A DNA stretch of 26,341 nucleotides, from assembly GCA_965223665.1 (NCBI GenBank), contig CBDCXH010000004.1, positions 1 to 26,341 on the forward strand. The letters run 5' to 3'. Made by a program: the position numbers and the translations under genes. How positions within the stretch are numbered: position 1 is the stretch's first letter; each line of letters opens with the position of its first letter. Source of the stretch: Nitrospinaceae bacterium (GTDB taxonomy: Bacteria > Nitrospinota > Nitrospinia > Nitrospinales > Nitrospinaceae). Of the stretch, positions 8,901 through 18,055 are shown piece by piece. The notes below the pieces were generated by a model. The model saw only the letters and a program-made list of their open reading frames with translations. It did no database searches and was not told where the DNA came from.

Positions 8901-11243
8901 AACAAAATGAAACTTAGCTGCATAGGGTTTGGTAGCTCTATGAAAATTCAACAAGGTTTTATTAATATGAAATTTTTCCGATTTTAATAAAGCTGAAAAA
9001 ATCTTCTGGCCAGCTCCTTTGTAATCTTTTTTCTAATAATTTGACTACAGCTTGACCGCCATTTAGGCCAATTTTAAAGGCTTCAGAAAGCTTTGAAATT
9101 TTTGAAAAGGTACTTTTGGACCTAACTCCATATTTTTGAAGCCATTTGAATTTTGGAAAGCGAATTGTAGAAAGGTTCCATGCTATGTCTGCAAGAGATT
9201 GGCCGTCATTAAAGTAGGTTCCAGGCAACCTTCCTCCTAATAAATCAAGCCCCGTGGCTTTCCAGCCTTTTCCTGACAAGATGGCTTTTTCTGATTGCTC
9301 CGAATACCATTGCTTTAAATCAGAAAAATCTCCTCCCCATCCAAATCTTAATAGATCATAGCCTGTTGCCTTCAATCCATTTCCCGATTCAATCGCTTGC
9401 TGTGACCGTTCTTTTAACCAATCATTTATCACAGAAGAATCCCCGCCTATTTGAAAATTTAACTCTTCAAATAAGAGCGCTCCCAATACATTTCCTGATT
9501 GGATGGCTTGTTCGGATTTCATCGAATACCATTCGCTAGCCGTGGTGGTGTTGAGCAAATCCCTGAGTCCGGAAAAAGCGGACTCAAAAAAGTAAGATGT
9601 GTATTGTCTGAACAAACCGGGTTTGTCAATAAAGTTCACAGGGGCATTGCCCACATAGTTGTAGCGGTTTTGTTTTCCTTCATCCATGAATTGATGCAGT
9701 ACCGGGTCTTTGGATAAAAACCGGCCTATATATGGATCATAATACCTGGCCCGCAAATATACTTTGCCGCTATCATCTTGTTCTTCTCCAGTGAATCCAA
9801 ACCGCACTCTAGGAATGCGTTTCACCGGAACACCGAAAGGCGTGTACTCGCCAACACCAATTAATTTTCCGGATGCATCGATAGCGCCACGGATGGATCC
9901 TAAATGATCTTCAAAATAGAACACAGGATTTTGCTGTTGATTAATGTGACCCAGGGGTTGCCCTTCGGACCAAATATATTTTTGAGTTTTTCTTCCCTTG
10001 GCAACGAATACATTGGGAATCTCTTTCTATGAAATGAAGGTACTGGTGAGATCCATTTTTTCCGTTAGATTTTACCCGCCAACCCAAAGCATTGTATTGA
10101 TATTGGGTGTTATCATCCTCGTTGCAATTCATCTTTAACATTGAAGGTAAAAGACGAACCTAAAACATGGGTTACATTGCCCGCCGGGTCATGTTTCACC
10201 GGTTGGTCATTAATAGTAATGAAGTTGATCCGTATCATTGTATGAAGCTTTTAAGTGGCCAGATGGACTGGTGGATTGGATCCGGTTGCCAAAAATATCA
10301 TACTTGTATTGATACAACCTGCCATCGGAATACCGGGCATTCAGTAATTGACCATACTTGTCGTACTCAAACTGAATTTTGAAGTTGCCGTCAGGGCGTC
10401 ATCTCCTGAATGGTTTTTAGTTGACCCGAATCCTCATATTCGTATTTAAATTCGAATAGGACCCTGTTGTTGGGAGCCACATGTTGAATCAATAGGGGTC
10501 GACCTTCTTCATTATAGGTAAACTGACTGAACGCTCCGTTAGGATACACCCGTTGCTTGAACCGGCGGTTGTAATCATTGCTGATTTTTAAATTCACCAA
10601 CAGGCGTTTGAATAGAAACCGGATTACCAAATAAATCGCGGGTGTATTTTAAAAAATGGTTTCCTTGCTGCCATTGGATGGAAGAGATTTTTCCATTTTC
10701 TGTATGAGCATAATGGATGACATCTCCACCCGGGTAGGTAATAGCTTTTTAAATTACCGAAGTCATCTTTTTGTAATTGAGTGGTTCCTGTTTTATCTGT
10801 AAATTTTTCAGGAAAACCCCAATCGTCAAATTCATAACTTTCTTCAAAATCACCATAGGAAACGGTGGAAGGAAAGGCCATTATCTTTATACAGGTAGGA
10901 TAATCCGCCTTTTACCAGGACCAAGGATGGATTGTAGACGGGATTGATCGTCATATTTAAAACGAATACGATCGCGTGGTGAGCCTGGGACTATTTTTTC
11001 GCTTTTCTGGTTAGCTTTTGAAGTTTTTTTGGATGCTTTTCTTTAAGTCCTAGATGTCTTGTTTTGCATTGATGTTTCTTTTAAGGTTTTTTTTGATCCT
11101 TGATAGTAGATGCTTCTTTTCCACAAGCCACGAGTAAAAATAAAAGAGAAATAAATACGATGCAGTATGATTTTGTCTTAGAAGAAAATTTTGAGCCGAA
11201 CATAAAAAAGGTCTCATTGGAATCACAATTATTTTCTGTCCAT
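5986..11243 (-). CDS. Giant Rhs/YD-repeat protein (~1,750 aa if repaired), split by multiple frameshifts; lipoprotein signal, Rhs core, DUF1598-like domain, second YD block
   Basis: Track ORFs 10624-10881, 10391-10630, 9941-10141, 8962-9924, 7659-8954, 6887-7711 and 5986-6870 join by single-base shifts (T6 at 9027-9032, T8 at 7714-7721, extra base near 6900). Core motifs DHLGSIR, YTPFG, FGFTGEEQD, YLRARYYDPYIGRFLSKDP and NRYNYVGNAPVNFIDKPGL. RBS GGAGGA before ATG 11243; alternative start ATG 11203. Confidence 0.8.
7750..8790 (-). other. DUF1598-like domain inside the Rhs reading frame
   Basis: VGGVYLD, PGVTIDP, FFGGVENTHFGYLLLESDRLMKALSMG, SRFWLEP, FAGHFTEYYD and LANLVALAKW resemble DUF1598 proteins (recalled, not searched). 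Confidence 0.6.
11120..11203 (-). other. Lipoprotein signal peptide of the Rhs protein
   Basis: MFGSKFSSKTKSYCIVFISLLFLLVA|CG: basic n-region, hydrophobic h-region and lipobox LVAC (Cys codon 11123-11125). Too short for the ORF track because a frameshift follows in an A run. Confidence 0.7.
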
Positions 11244-11295
11244 CTCTGCTTCCTCCTTTAACAATTTCGAAAATAAATTCATGCGAATGCGTTAT

Positions 11296-12026
11296 TTAAA
11301 GTTTTGTATCTTTGGAAAATAAAACCACCGCAATATTGTCTTCACCCCCATGATCATTAGCAGCATCAACTAAACGCATTGCAGCTTGTTTCAGATCATG
11401 GCTATGATTCCCGGATTATTTTTAGAATTTCAGAATCCTCCACCATGTCCGTTAACCCATCGCTGCATAGCAAAAAAATGTCCCCGGTTTGAATTCCTAA
11501 TCTTTGGACTTCCGGTGTGATAATGATCCTACCCAAACATTGGGTAATGATGTTTTTCTCTTCGTGAGTCCTGGCTTCTTCCTTGGTAATGCGACCGGCT
11601 TTTACTAAATTGTCGACTAAAGAATGATCTTCGGTCAGTTGTTTAATTTGATTTTTGCGGATTCGGTAGGCTCGGCTGTCGCCACAATGAGCAAAAATAA
11701 TTTGGTTTTCCTGTAGTAAAGTTAGAACTATGGTAGTACCCATTCCATACAAAGCCTTTCTTGCTCCGCTTTCTTAAGAATTATGGAGTTTGCGTAATCC
11801 ATAGCTTCTTTAACTGCAGACTCAGGATTCAAACTTTTCTCTAAATTCAGATCCTTTATAAATGTGTGTATGCTCGCAGTTGCAAGTTGACTCGCCACTT
11901 CACCTCCCGCAAGCCCCCCTACACCGTCTGCTACTATAAATAGGCCAAGAGTCTCATCGACCAAAAACAATCTTCATTAATGGTTCGTTCTTTGCCTTTA
12001 TCTTTATGTGTGCCTATTCGAATCAT
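11296..12026 (-). CDS. PP2C/PPM-family Ser/Thr phosphatase (Stp1/PrpC-like), three frameshifts
   Basis: Reassembled: MIRIGTHKDKGKERTINED / LFIVADGVGGLAGGEVAS / GMGTT...AHCGDSRAY...LTEDHS...LLCSDGL / LVDAANDHGGEDNIAVVL. All PPM motifs present; shifts near 11970, 11755 and 11410. Confidence 0.9.
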
Positions 12027-12085
12027 TGGGTTTCCTTGTGAAGAGATTTAATTGGTTTCATCCTTCATCTCACTTAACTTATAAG

Positions 12086-12101
12086 AGCAATTACCGTGCC
12101 A
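12086..12101 (-). promoter_or_regulatory. Sigma-54 (-24/-12) promoter for the PP2C-Rhs-SorC cluster
   Basis: Minus strand TGGCACGGTAATTGCT, an exact match to TGGCACG-N4-TTGCW, 60 bp upstream of the PP2C ATG. Confidence 0.9.
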
Positions 12102-12196
12102 GTAGGCAGTAACTTTTTTAAGTCCTTAGTTTTATGAGGGTTTTGTATTTTTAATTTATATCCTGGAAATTTGCTTCGCTTAAAATTAAAAAAAAC

Positions 12197-12211
12197 GTCT
12201 AGTAACTGGAC
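12197..12211. promoter_or_regulatory. Candidate enhancer (UAS) for the sigma-54 activator, copy 1
   Basis: GTCTAG-TAA-CTGGAC, ~96 bp upstream of the -24 element; a further GGACA-T-TGTCC palindrome at 12229-12239. Confidence 0.7.
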
Positions 12212-12608
12212 ATAGAGAATTATTTATTGGACATTGTCCTAATGAACATTGATTCTTCAGGAATGCTTCCGGGACAGTCGATGAAAATTTTTGCAGGACT
12301 TCAGATGTATCGTTCTAGTTCTGTTTTGATTCCCTTGAATTATTTTTTTTTATTCTCAGTTTTAGTAGAAGGTAGGGGATAATTGGGAATGGTAGGATTA
12401 TTAGCATCTGTGTTTTAGATAAATTCCAGCAATCTTTGCTTAAATTCAGCTTTAAATAATTTTTTTTCTTTAAGTTGGTTTACCTCGTCAGCACTAATTA
12501 GAAAATCAATATAAATGAAACTCAATTTATCTTGATTTTTTTGATCTCTTAAGCATTCAAGAAAAATGTTAGTTTTCTAAACACCGCACCCTTTTGTATT
12601 TTAGTTTA

Positions 12609-14483
12609 TTAGATTTTTTTTATGTCGCTTCCCAAAATGTCATCGGGAATTCCGTATTTTTTCATTTTGTCCAAAAAGGTTTGGCGACTTTTAATTCCTA
12701 AAATTTCACGTGCTTCATTTTTTGTTTTACTGCCTCTCAAAGCTTTCTCAATGCTTTCTTTTTCAGTTGGGATCTGAGATTTTAATGATTTATCCTTCCC
12801 ATCATTGGCATTAGGGTTTTTATCTTTTTTTACTTTTTTTAGAAATACCACTGATAAGTCTCGAAGCTGAATGATACCTCGACATTTACGGAATGCCTCC
12901 GAAACCACCGTCTCCAGTTCGCGAATATTACCCGGCCATGAATATTCCAGAAATAGCTTGATTACCTCGTTTGAAATTCCCCGGTTTTTAACAAACGTGT
13001 CTTCTAAAGCAACTTTATCTAAAAAGAAATGTGCTAATAAAGGAATATCTTTATTTCTTTCCCGGAGGGGGGGAATGACTAGAGGCTCTCCCAGACGATA
13101 ACTTAAGTCCTCTCTGAATTCTCCTGTTTCGATCTTTTTTTCAATGTCCTGGTTGGTCGCAGCTATCACATTCGTATTGAGGGTTCGGCCTTCTTTCTCG
13201 CCCATTCGAATCACAACTCGGAATTGAATCAATTGCAGTAATTTTAATTGAATTTTAATATCCAAATCTCCGATCTCATCAAAAAAAACACATCCATTTT
13301 TAGCCGCGTATTGTACTCGTCCATCTCTATCTCGATCTGCCATATTATGGGCACCTTTCCTCTCACCAAACAAGGTAGACTCTGCCGTGGTTTCGGGGAT
13401 TTGAGTACAAAAAACCACATTTTTCTCATTAAAATCTTTAAAGGAATGAGGGGTTTTATTATTTTTTTGTTCCCAAACTTGATAAAGATAATAGGCTATA
13501 AAGCTTTTTCCCACTCCAGTTTCTCCGCGCAGAAAAATATTTTTCGTTGTTTGTGCTTTAGTCTGCAACTGTTCATTAAATTTTGAATCGATAATCAGGT
13601 AGGGCCATTCGATGAAATCTGAACAACCCACAAGTGATTCGTCTTTATTGTCCCTATCAAGAAAATCTTCAATTTGTTTTCCTAATAATTTTAAAAAAAT
13701 AAATTCGTTTTCTTTTTCTTCAAACTTTTTCTGGGATTTCTTTTTTACAACCAAATAGTTTACAATTTTATCAGTTTTGTTTAGAGCCAGATAAAGTGTC
13801 CCATCCTCAATATGGTGATCATTTGCTAAAAGATTTTCTTTGATCTGGGTGCTAAAAGGAAGGTATCCAGAAGAATCAATTATTAAAGATTTTCTTTGAG
13901 GTAAACTTAAATCACCTTTGAAAATTTCAATTAGGATGCTTAATTTTTCGTTTAAGAGATTCTTGATTTTCAAGAGTATTTCTTGCTGGTTTAATCCATT
14001 CAAGTAAATCTCTATTTCTTCATATAAAATTCTCAATTCCTTAGGTAACTTTTTAATCAAAGAATTAGAAGAAGTTTTAACCTTGATTGGCCCAGTAAGT
14101 GAATTGTCTACATCTTTAAGTGGATATTTTTGATCTGTAAGTTCCGAAACATAATTTTTGCTGCTTGATAATTTGTCAAATAATGTTTCTATGCTTATTA
14201 TTTTTAAATCCAAATTCCCTATTTTAAATTTATCCTCCACCTCAAGAGTTTTTTGAAATATCTTTTGTTTCTTATATTCTATTCCATTAGTACTGCTGAG
14301 ATCCCTTAATATGTAGTCACCACTTGATTGTTGAAGGAATACTGCATGAAATCGAGATACTTTTTGGTCCAACAAACAAATATCATTGTATTTTGAGTTA
14401 CGGCCTAACCGAATTAATGGCTTGTCCAGTGGGAACCAACGATCTATCATTTTCTCTTTTTCAACCACCAAGACAATGTTCAT
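12609..14483 (-). CDS. FHA-domain sigma-54-dependent transcriptional activator (FHA, degenerate GAF-like region, AAA+, Fis-type HTH)
   Basis: FHA motifs LGRN, VSRFHA and DLSSTNG; Walker A GETGVGKS; ESTLFG..KGAHNMA; Walker B FFDEIGD; QLKLL, IAATN, FREDLSYRL, WPGNIREL; C-terminal HTH. RBS GGAGGA. Confidence 0.92.
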   Translation of the reverse strand: MNIVLVVEKEKMIDRWFPLDKPLIRLGRNSKYNDICLLDQKVSRFHAVFLQQSSGDYILRDLSSTNGIEYKKQKIFQKTLEVEDKFKIGNLDLKIISIETLFDKLSSSKNYVSELTDQKYPLKDVDNSLTGPIKVKTSSNSLIKKLPKELRILYEEIEIYLNGLNQQEILLKIKNLLNEKLSILIEIFKGDLSLPQRKSLIIDSSGYLPFSTQIKENLLANDHHIEDGTLYLALNKTDKIVNYLVVKKKSQKKFEEKENEFIFLKLLGKQIEDFLDRDNKDESLVGCSDFIEWPYLIIDSKFNEQLQTKAQTTKNIFLRGETGVGKSFIAYYLYQVWEQKNNKTPHSFKDFNEKNVVFCTQIPETTAESTLFGERKGAHNMADRDRDGRVQYAAKNGCVFFDEIGDLDIKIQLKLLQLIQFRVVIRMGEKEGRTLNTNVIAATNQDIEKKIETGEFREDLSYRLGEPLVIPPLRERNKDIPLLAHFFLDKVALEDTFVKNRGISNEVIKLFLEYSWPGNIRELETVVSEAFRKCRGIIQLRDLSVVFLKKVKKDKNPNANDGKDKSLKSQIPTEKESIEKALRGSKTKNEAREILGIKSRQTFLDKMKKYGIPDDILGSDIKKI

Positions 14484-14529
14484 GAAATCCTCCTTTTCAT
14501 ACTTTAGTGATTTTAAAAAGTATGTTTTT

Positions 14530-14563
14530 TATTGAGTCCTAAACCATAAGAAGGGACTCAATA
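14530..14563. promoter_or_regulatory. 10-bp inverted repeat upstream of the activator gene (terminator or operator)
   Basis: TATTGAGTCC-N14-GGACTCAATA flanked by T-rich sequence. Confidence 0.4.
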
Positions 14564-14728
14564 GATTCTTTTTTTAATACTTTTTAACATTTTTTTAACT
14601 GAAATCTCCATCCTTTGTAATAGAAACAAGGAGTAAAATTAGTATTTAAACTTAATAAAGCGTGCCATTCCAGTTGACTTTTAGAAACAGAGAAATACTT
14701 GGTCTAGAAGCTGCGAATCATAGTTTGC

Positions 14729-15065
14729 TTATTTCCACGGAATATTTATAACATCAACAGAGACACTACGCATTATTACTGAAATTTGTAAGGCATCAAT
14801 GTCTTCTTCAAATAACGAAGAAAACATTGGGGCTAGATTATGGTACATATCTATTACAAAGTTGTTATTGATTAGGCAATTGCAAATCCTAAAATGGTTT
14901 TCTGCCCTATTTAAATATTTTTTCAGAAATAATTGTTTAAATATAGCCTGTAGGCAATAGAATTCCTCTCATCACTTCGGTTTTTCTAAAAAACTTTTTG
15001 GTGACGTTATAACCTTGCTTCTGTTTGAGTCTTATTTGACTACCTTTTCCAATGTTTGTTCCCAT
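14729..15065 (-). pseudogene. Possible small gene, broken by a frameshift
   Basis: RBS-like AGGAAGGTGA then ATG 15065 gives 42 aa (stop 14937-14939); a shifted frame stays open to TAA at 14729-14731. No recognisable motif. Confidence 0.3.
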
Positions 15066-15085
15066 GCGTATCACCTTCCTTCTTT

Positions 15086-15892
15086 TTATAATGCATGCCA
15101 ATTAAAATCAGCCGCTCCGGTTAGATAGTATTCAGTCCACCAATCCTCAATAGATTTATTTTTTACGCTATTGGATAGTTCAAAAACTTCCACTTCTACT
15201 CCTTCTAATAAATCTTTTATTTGGACAAAATAATTTTTTTCATCCAATAAGGTATGAAACTTCTTAAAATTTTTGCGATACATAGATAAAACGTTAGAGT
15301 TCTCTTTTTTATCAGAGAAAACAACCATACTGGCTTGATTCCCCTTCAAGTAGGAACCGTCAATCACTTTCCTTAGAGTGACTAGTAAATTTGTGGTATC
15401 TGATTTTTGAGCTTTCGAACTATTTAAATTGGACATCACCTGGTTAATAGGTTGATCCCAATTTTTTTCTAACCCTTCAGCGTAGACAATGGACCCTTGA
15501 GTGAGGTTGCTTTTTTTGATGGGCTTACACGCGGACCAAACCCTTAAAGTTTCTTTACTCTGATCATCGGGTCCCATCCAAAAAATACTTAAACGATCAC
15601 CTCCTTGCAAGGTTTCTTTCAATGATAGAGTTCGAGATTTTGCGCTTTCCAACGCATGTTTTTTCATCAAATCGGTATTGTCATAAATAATGACAACCGA
15701 TTTTGAGGGTACTTTTTCGGTACTGCAATGGGTCGTCGGATCCACCATCGAAGAGGATGATACCTGAAAACTGATCAACCCTAAAAGAACAATCATCACC
15801 ATGATGAGAATCAATGATTTTGTATAATTATTCGAAAAAGCCGTTTTAAATTTAAACCAGTCAATTGATTTCATAAAGGGCCTCCATTTCAT
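15086..15892 (-). CDS. Membrane-anchored vWA-like (MIDAS-variant) protein
   Basis: N-terminal hydrophobic helix; VVIIYDNTD strand plus DxTD; DTTNLLVTL; MVVFSDKKENS. Overlaps the stop of the upstream gene. Confidence 0.55.
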   Translation of the reverse strand: MKWRPFMKSIDWFKFKTAFSNNYTKSLILIMVMIVLLGLISFQVSSSSMVDPTTHCSTEKVPSKSVVIIYDNTDLMKKHALESAKSRTLSLKETLQGGDRLSIFWMGPDDQSKETLRVWSACKPIKKSNLTQGSIVYAEGLEKNWDQPINQVMSNLNSSKAQKSDTTNLLVTLRKVIDGSYLKGNQASMVVFSDKKENSNVLSMYRKNFKKFHTLLDEKNYFVQIKDLLEGVEVEVFELSNSVKNKSIEDWWTEYYLTGAADFNWHAL

Positions 15893-17324
15893 TTCTCACC
15901 TGGCGGTGACCGTTATTTATGTGAAATTCATCCGTAAGTACATTGGTCTCTAATGCCAAAATCTTCTGGAAGGTTTGATTCTTCAATTTATTTAAACCTC
16001 GGAGAGCATTTTTGAATAATCGTTCATTTTTTTTACAGGATTTTAATGTCGAGTATGAAAGCATTGATAAATACGCCTTTGCTTGGTCAACATTCAAATG
16101 GTCATTTTCAACAGGATGAATTTGAGGAATGGCGATTTCCTGTTTGGGATATACTTCACCCAATTTATTCTTTACTCTTAATAATTCAGCTTGCAGAGAA
16201 TCCTGAATCGCGTTTTGTTCATTTTGAAATTCTTTATCCAGTTTGAGAATTTCCATGGAAGCTTCATACATCACAAAGATGGCTTCATCAATTTTAGTTT
16301 TCATTACCCTGAGATCTTTTTCCGATTTGTTGTATGCATTTTTATGAGCTGCTTTATAACCTTTTAACAGATGGTCCAATTCATTTTCCACTCTTAGCAA
16401 ATCCTTGCGTGCAATCATAACTTGTTTATAATCTCTAAATTTAGGACGAAATTTTTGTCCTGCGTACATCGCAAGAGCCGAAAAAAATAACCCGATCACC
16501 GCCATTGCATAATTTTCCAAGTTGTCAAACCTCCAATAAAAATCGAGGAACCAATTTAAAGCGGTTGAAGAGGGATTAGGATCTTGTACCACTAGTGCTT
16601 GACGATACCAGGAAACAGCTGAGAAGTAGGAAAACAGTACAAGTAAGTAAGCAAAGTGTAATCCATTCATAATTTGCTTATTAAACAATTTATTTTCTTT
16701 TAATAAAGCGGTGAAATAACCCCAGGAAAAAGAGCCGAAAACACCGATGGTAGCCACAATCAATGAAATTGTTCCTGCTTCTAAAAGTCCTCGGGTTAGA
16801 TAAGGACTGATAAAGATTCCAGAAAACACGGCTTCCATTAAAAGGAGAACGAAAAGTAAGGTGATTTCCCAAAGAATTTCCCCATTTTGGATGATGGTTG
16901 CTACATTTGCCTCTACCAAATTGAGTTGATGTTTTGCATTATCGCGTTCATGTTTCTTTTGTTGAATTTTGTGTTCCCAATCATTTTTCAGATTAATAAG
17001 TTGCATTTCATATTCACTAATTGGATTTGAACAAATACCCCAGTTAGTAAAAAACTGATAGGCTTTCATTTGGATCTCAAACTCTTTAACCTTAGTTTCG
17101 TAATAAGTTGCAACCTTTTCCTTAAATTGTTGGAAACAATTTTTTGCGGACTCAAACACCTCGGCTTCAACAATTTGTTCAGGATTGTTATTATGTCCTT
17201 TAACAATGGTTTCGTTGATAAATTGCTTGATTGATTGGTATGCCTCCGAAATTGCCGGCTTGATTCCCGGTTTCATTTTGAGTTCCATGATGTTGTCCCC
17301 TTTCAAATAAATAGAATGATTCAT
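15861..17324 (-). CDS. Coiled-coil membrane protein with four central TM helices
   Basis: Helical coiled-coil N- and C-termini around four hydrophobic segments. RBS before both ATG 17324 and ATG 17288. Confidence 0.75.
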   Translation of the reverse strand: MNHSIYLKGDNIMELKMKPGIKPAISEAYQSIKQFINETIVKGHNNNPEQIVEAEVFESAKNCFQQFKEKVATYYETKVKEFEIQMKAYQFFTNWGICSNPISEYEMQLINLKNDWEHKIQQKKHERDNAKHQLNLVEANVATIIQNGEILWEITLLFVLLLMEAVFSGIFISPYLTRGLLEAGTISLIVATIGVFGSFSWGYFTALLKENKLFNKQIMNGLHFAYLLVLFSYFSAVSWYRQALVVQDPNPSSTALNWFLDFYWRFDNLENYAMAVIGLFFSALAMYAGQKFRPKFRDYKQVMIARKDLLRVENELDHLLKGYKAAHKNAYNKSEKDLRVMKTKIDEAIFVMYEASMEILKLDKEFQNEQNAIQDSLQAELLRVKNKLGEVYPKQEIAIPQIHPVENDHLNVDQAKAYLSMLSYSTLKSCKKNERLFKNALRGLNKLKNQTFQKILALETNVLTDEFHINNGHRQVRNEMEALYEIN

Positions 17325-17347
17325 TTATCCTTTCCTCTAACCTTTAG

Positions 17348-17363
17348 AGCAAAAGGTTTGCCA
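17348..17363 (-). promoter_or_regulatory. Sigma-54 (-24/-12) promoter for the 4-TM/vWA-like pair
   Basis: Minus strand TGGCAAACCTTTTGCT with correct GG-N10-GC spacing, 24 bp upstream of ATG 17324. Confidence 0.75.
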
Positions 17364-17470
17364 ATCTCCTAAGAACTCAAAATTAATAAATTTCTCCTTT
17401 TTTTTTATATAGTTATCGGTAATCCTTCAACCAGGCCTTTCTTTGCAACATTAAAAAAACAAAATCCGGC

Positions 17471-17485
17471 GTCCAGAAACTGGAC
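17471..17485. promoter_or_regulatory. Candidate enhancer (UAS), copy 2
   Basis: Perfect palindrome GTCCAG-AAA-CTGGAC ~108 bp upstream of the -24 element; 16/18 identical to 12196-12213. Confidence 0.7.
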
Positions 17486-17826
17486 ATCGATAACCCCAGT
17501 AAACTTCAAAACCTATTCTTCTCAACGATAAGTAATTAAACTTTTTCGATCCTTATAACATAGTGAAACTAATTATGTGAATGGAAAGGAGTTACCTTAG
17601 TCTCGGACTGGTAAATATATTCGTTTTTGAGAACAGACTTGATTCTTAAAAAAAAGAATGGAGTTTAAGGATCGATCCAAAAGGATAAGGGGTCGGGGAG
17701 ATTTTTCCTCCGAGAGAATTAGATTTTTAATTTTGTATTCAGCGTCAAGATAGCACCATTTTCCAAAAGAAAGTTGGGGGGGTTGACCGTCTGAGTTTTG
17801 GGTATTAAGCTTCAAAAGGGAAAACA

Positions 17827-18051
17827 ATGGACGGGAATCATAAAGATATTTGGATGTGGATCGGCGGGGGTCTCGCTACTTTACTGACGTGGTTATTCAA
17901 AAAAGTGAATACCCGCATCGATCGCGCTCACGACCGCATAGAAAAACTGGGAAAAGATGTCTTTGAAGAATTCCGCAAATCCAACGATGATTCACATAAA
18001 AATATGAAAGACCAATTGAACCGAATTGAGGGGAAATTGGAAAAGAGATAA
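17827..18051 (+). CDS. Small single-TM plus coiled-coil protein, phage-like (XhlA/holin-accessory-like layout)
   Basis: WMWIGGGLATLLTWLF helix then heptad-rich tail ending QLNRIEGKLEKR; purine-rich RBS. Confidence 0.6.
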   Translation: MDGNHKDIWMWIGGGLATLLTWLFKKVNTRIDRAHDRIEKLGKDVFEEFRKSNDDSHKNMKDQLNRIEGKLEKR

Positions 18052-18055
18052 GGAG

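Noticed and set aside
5986-12026. Type VI secretion cluster suggested by Rhs, PP2C, kinase and FHA
   Set aside because: No vgrG, PAAR, hcp or tss genes; the FHA is fused to a sigma-54 activator and the Rhs has a lipoprotein signal.
12240-12600. Possible degraded minus-strand gene between the activator and PP2C
   Set aside because: Only short interrupted frames with no recognisable motif.
14653-14716. TGGCACG on the minus strand upstream of the activator, plus a partial GTCTAG-AAG-CTG motif at 14702
   Set aside because: No TTGC at -12, and the palindrome is incomplete and too close.
17597-17827. 76-aa minus-strand ORF and other short ORFs nested in long genes
   Set aside because: No RBS or motif; they overlap or oppose better-supported genes.
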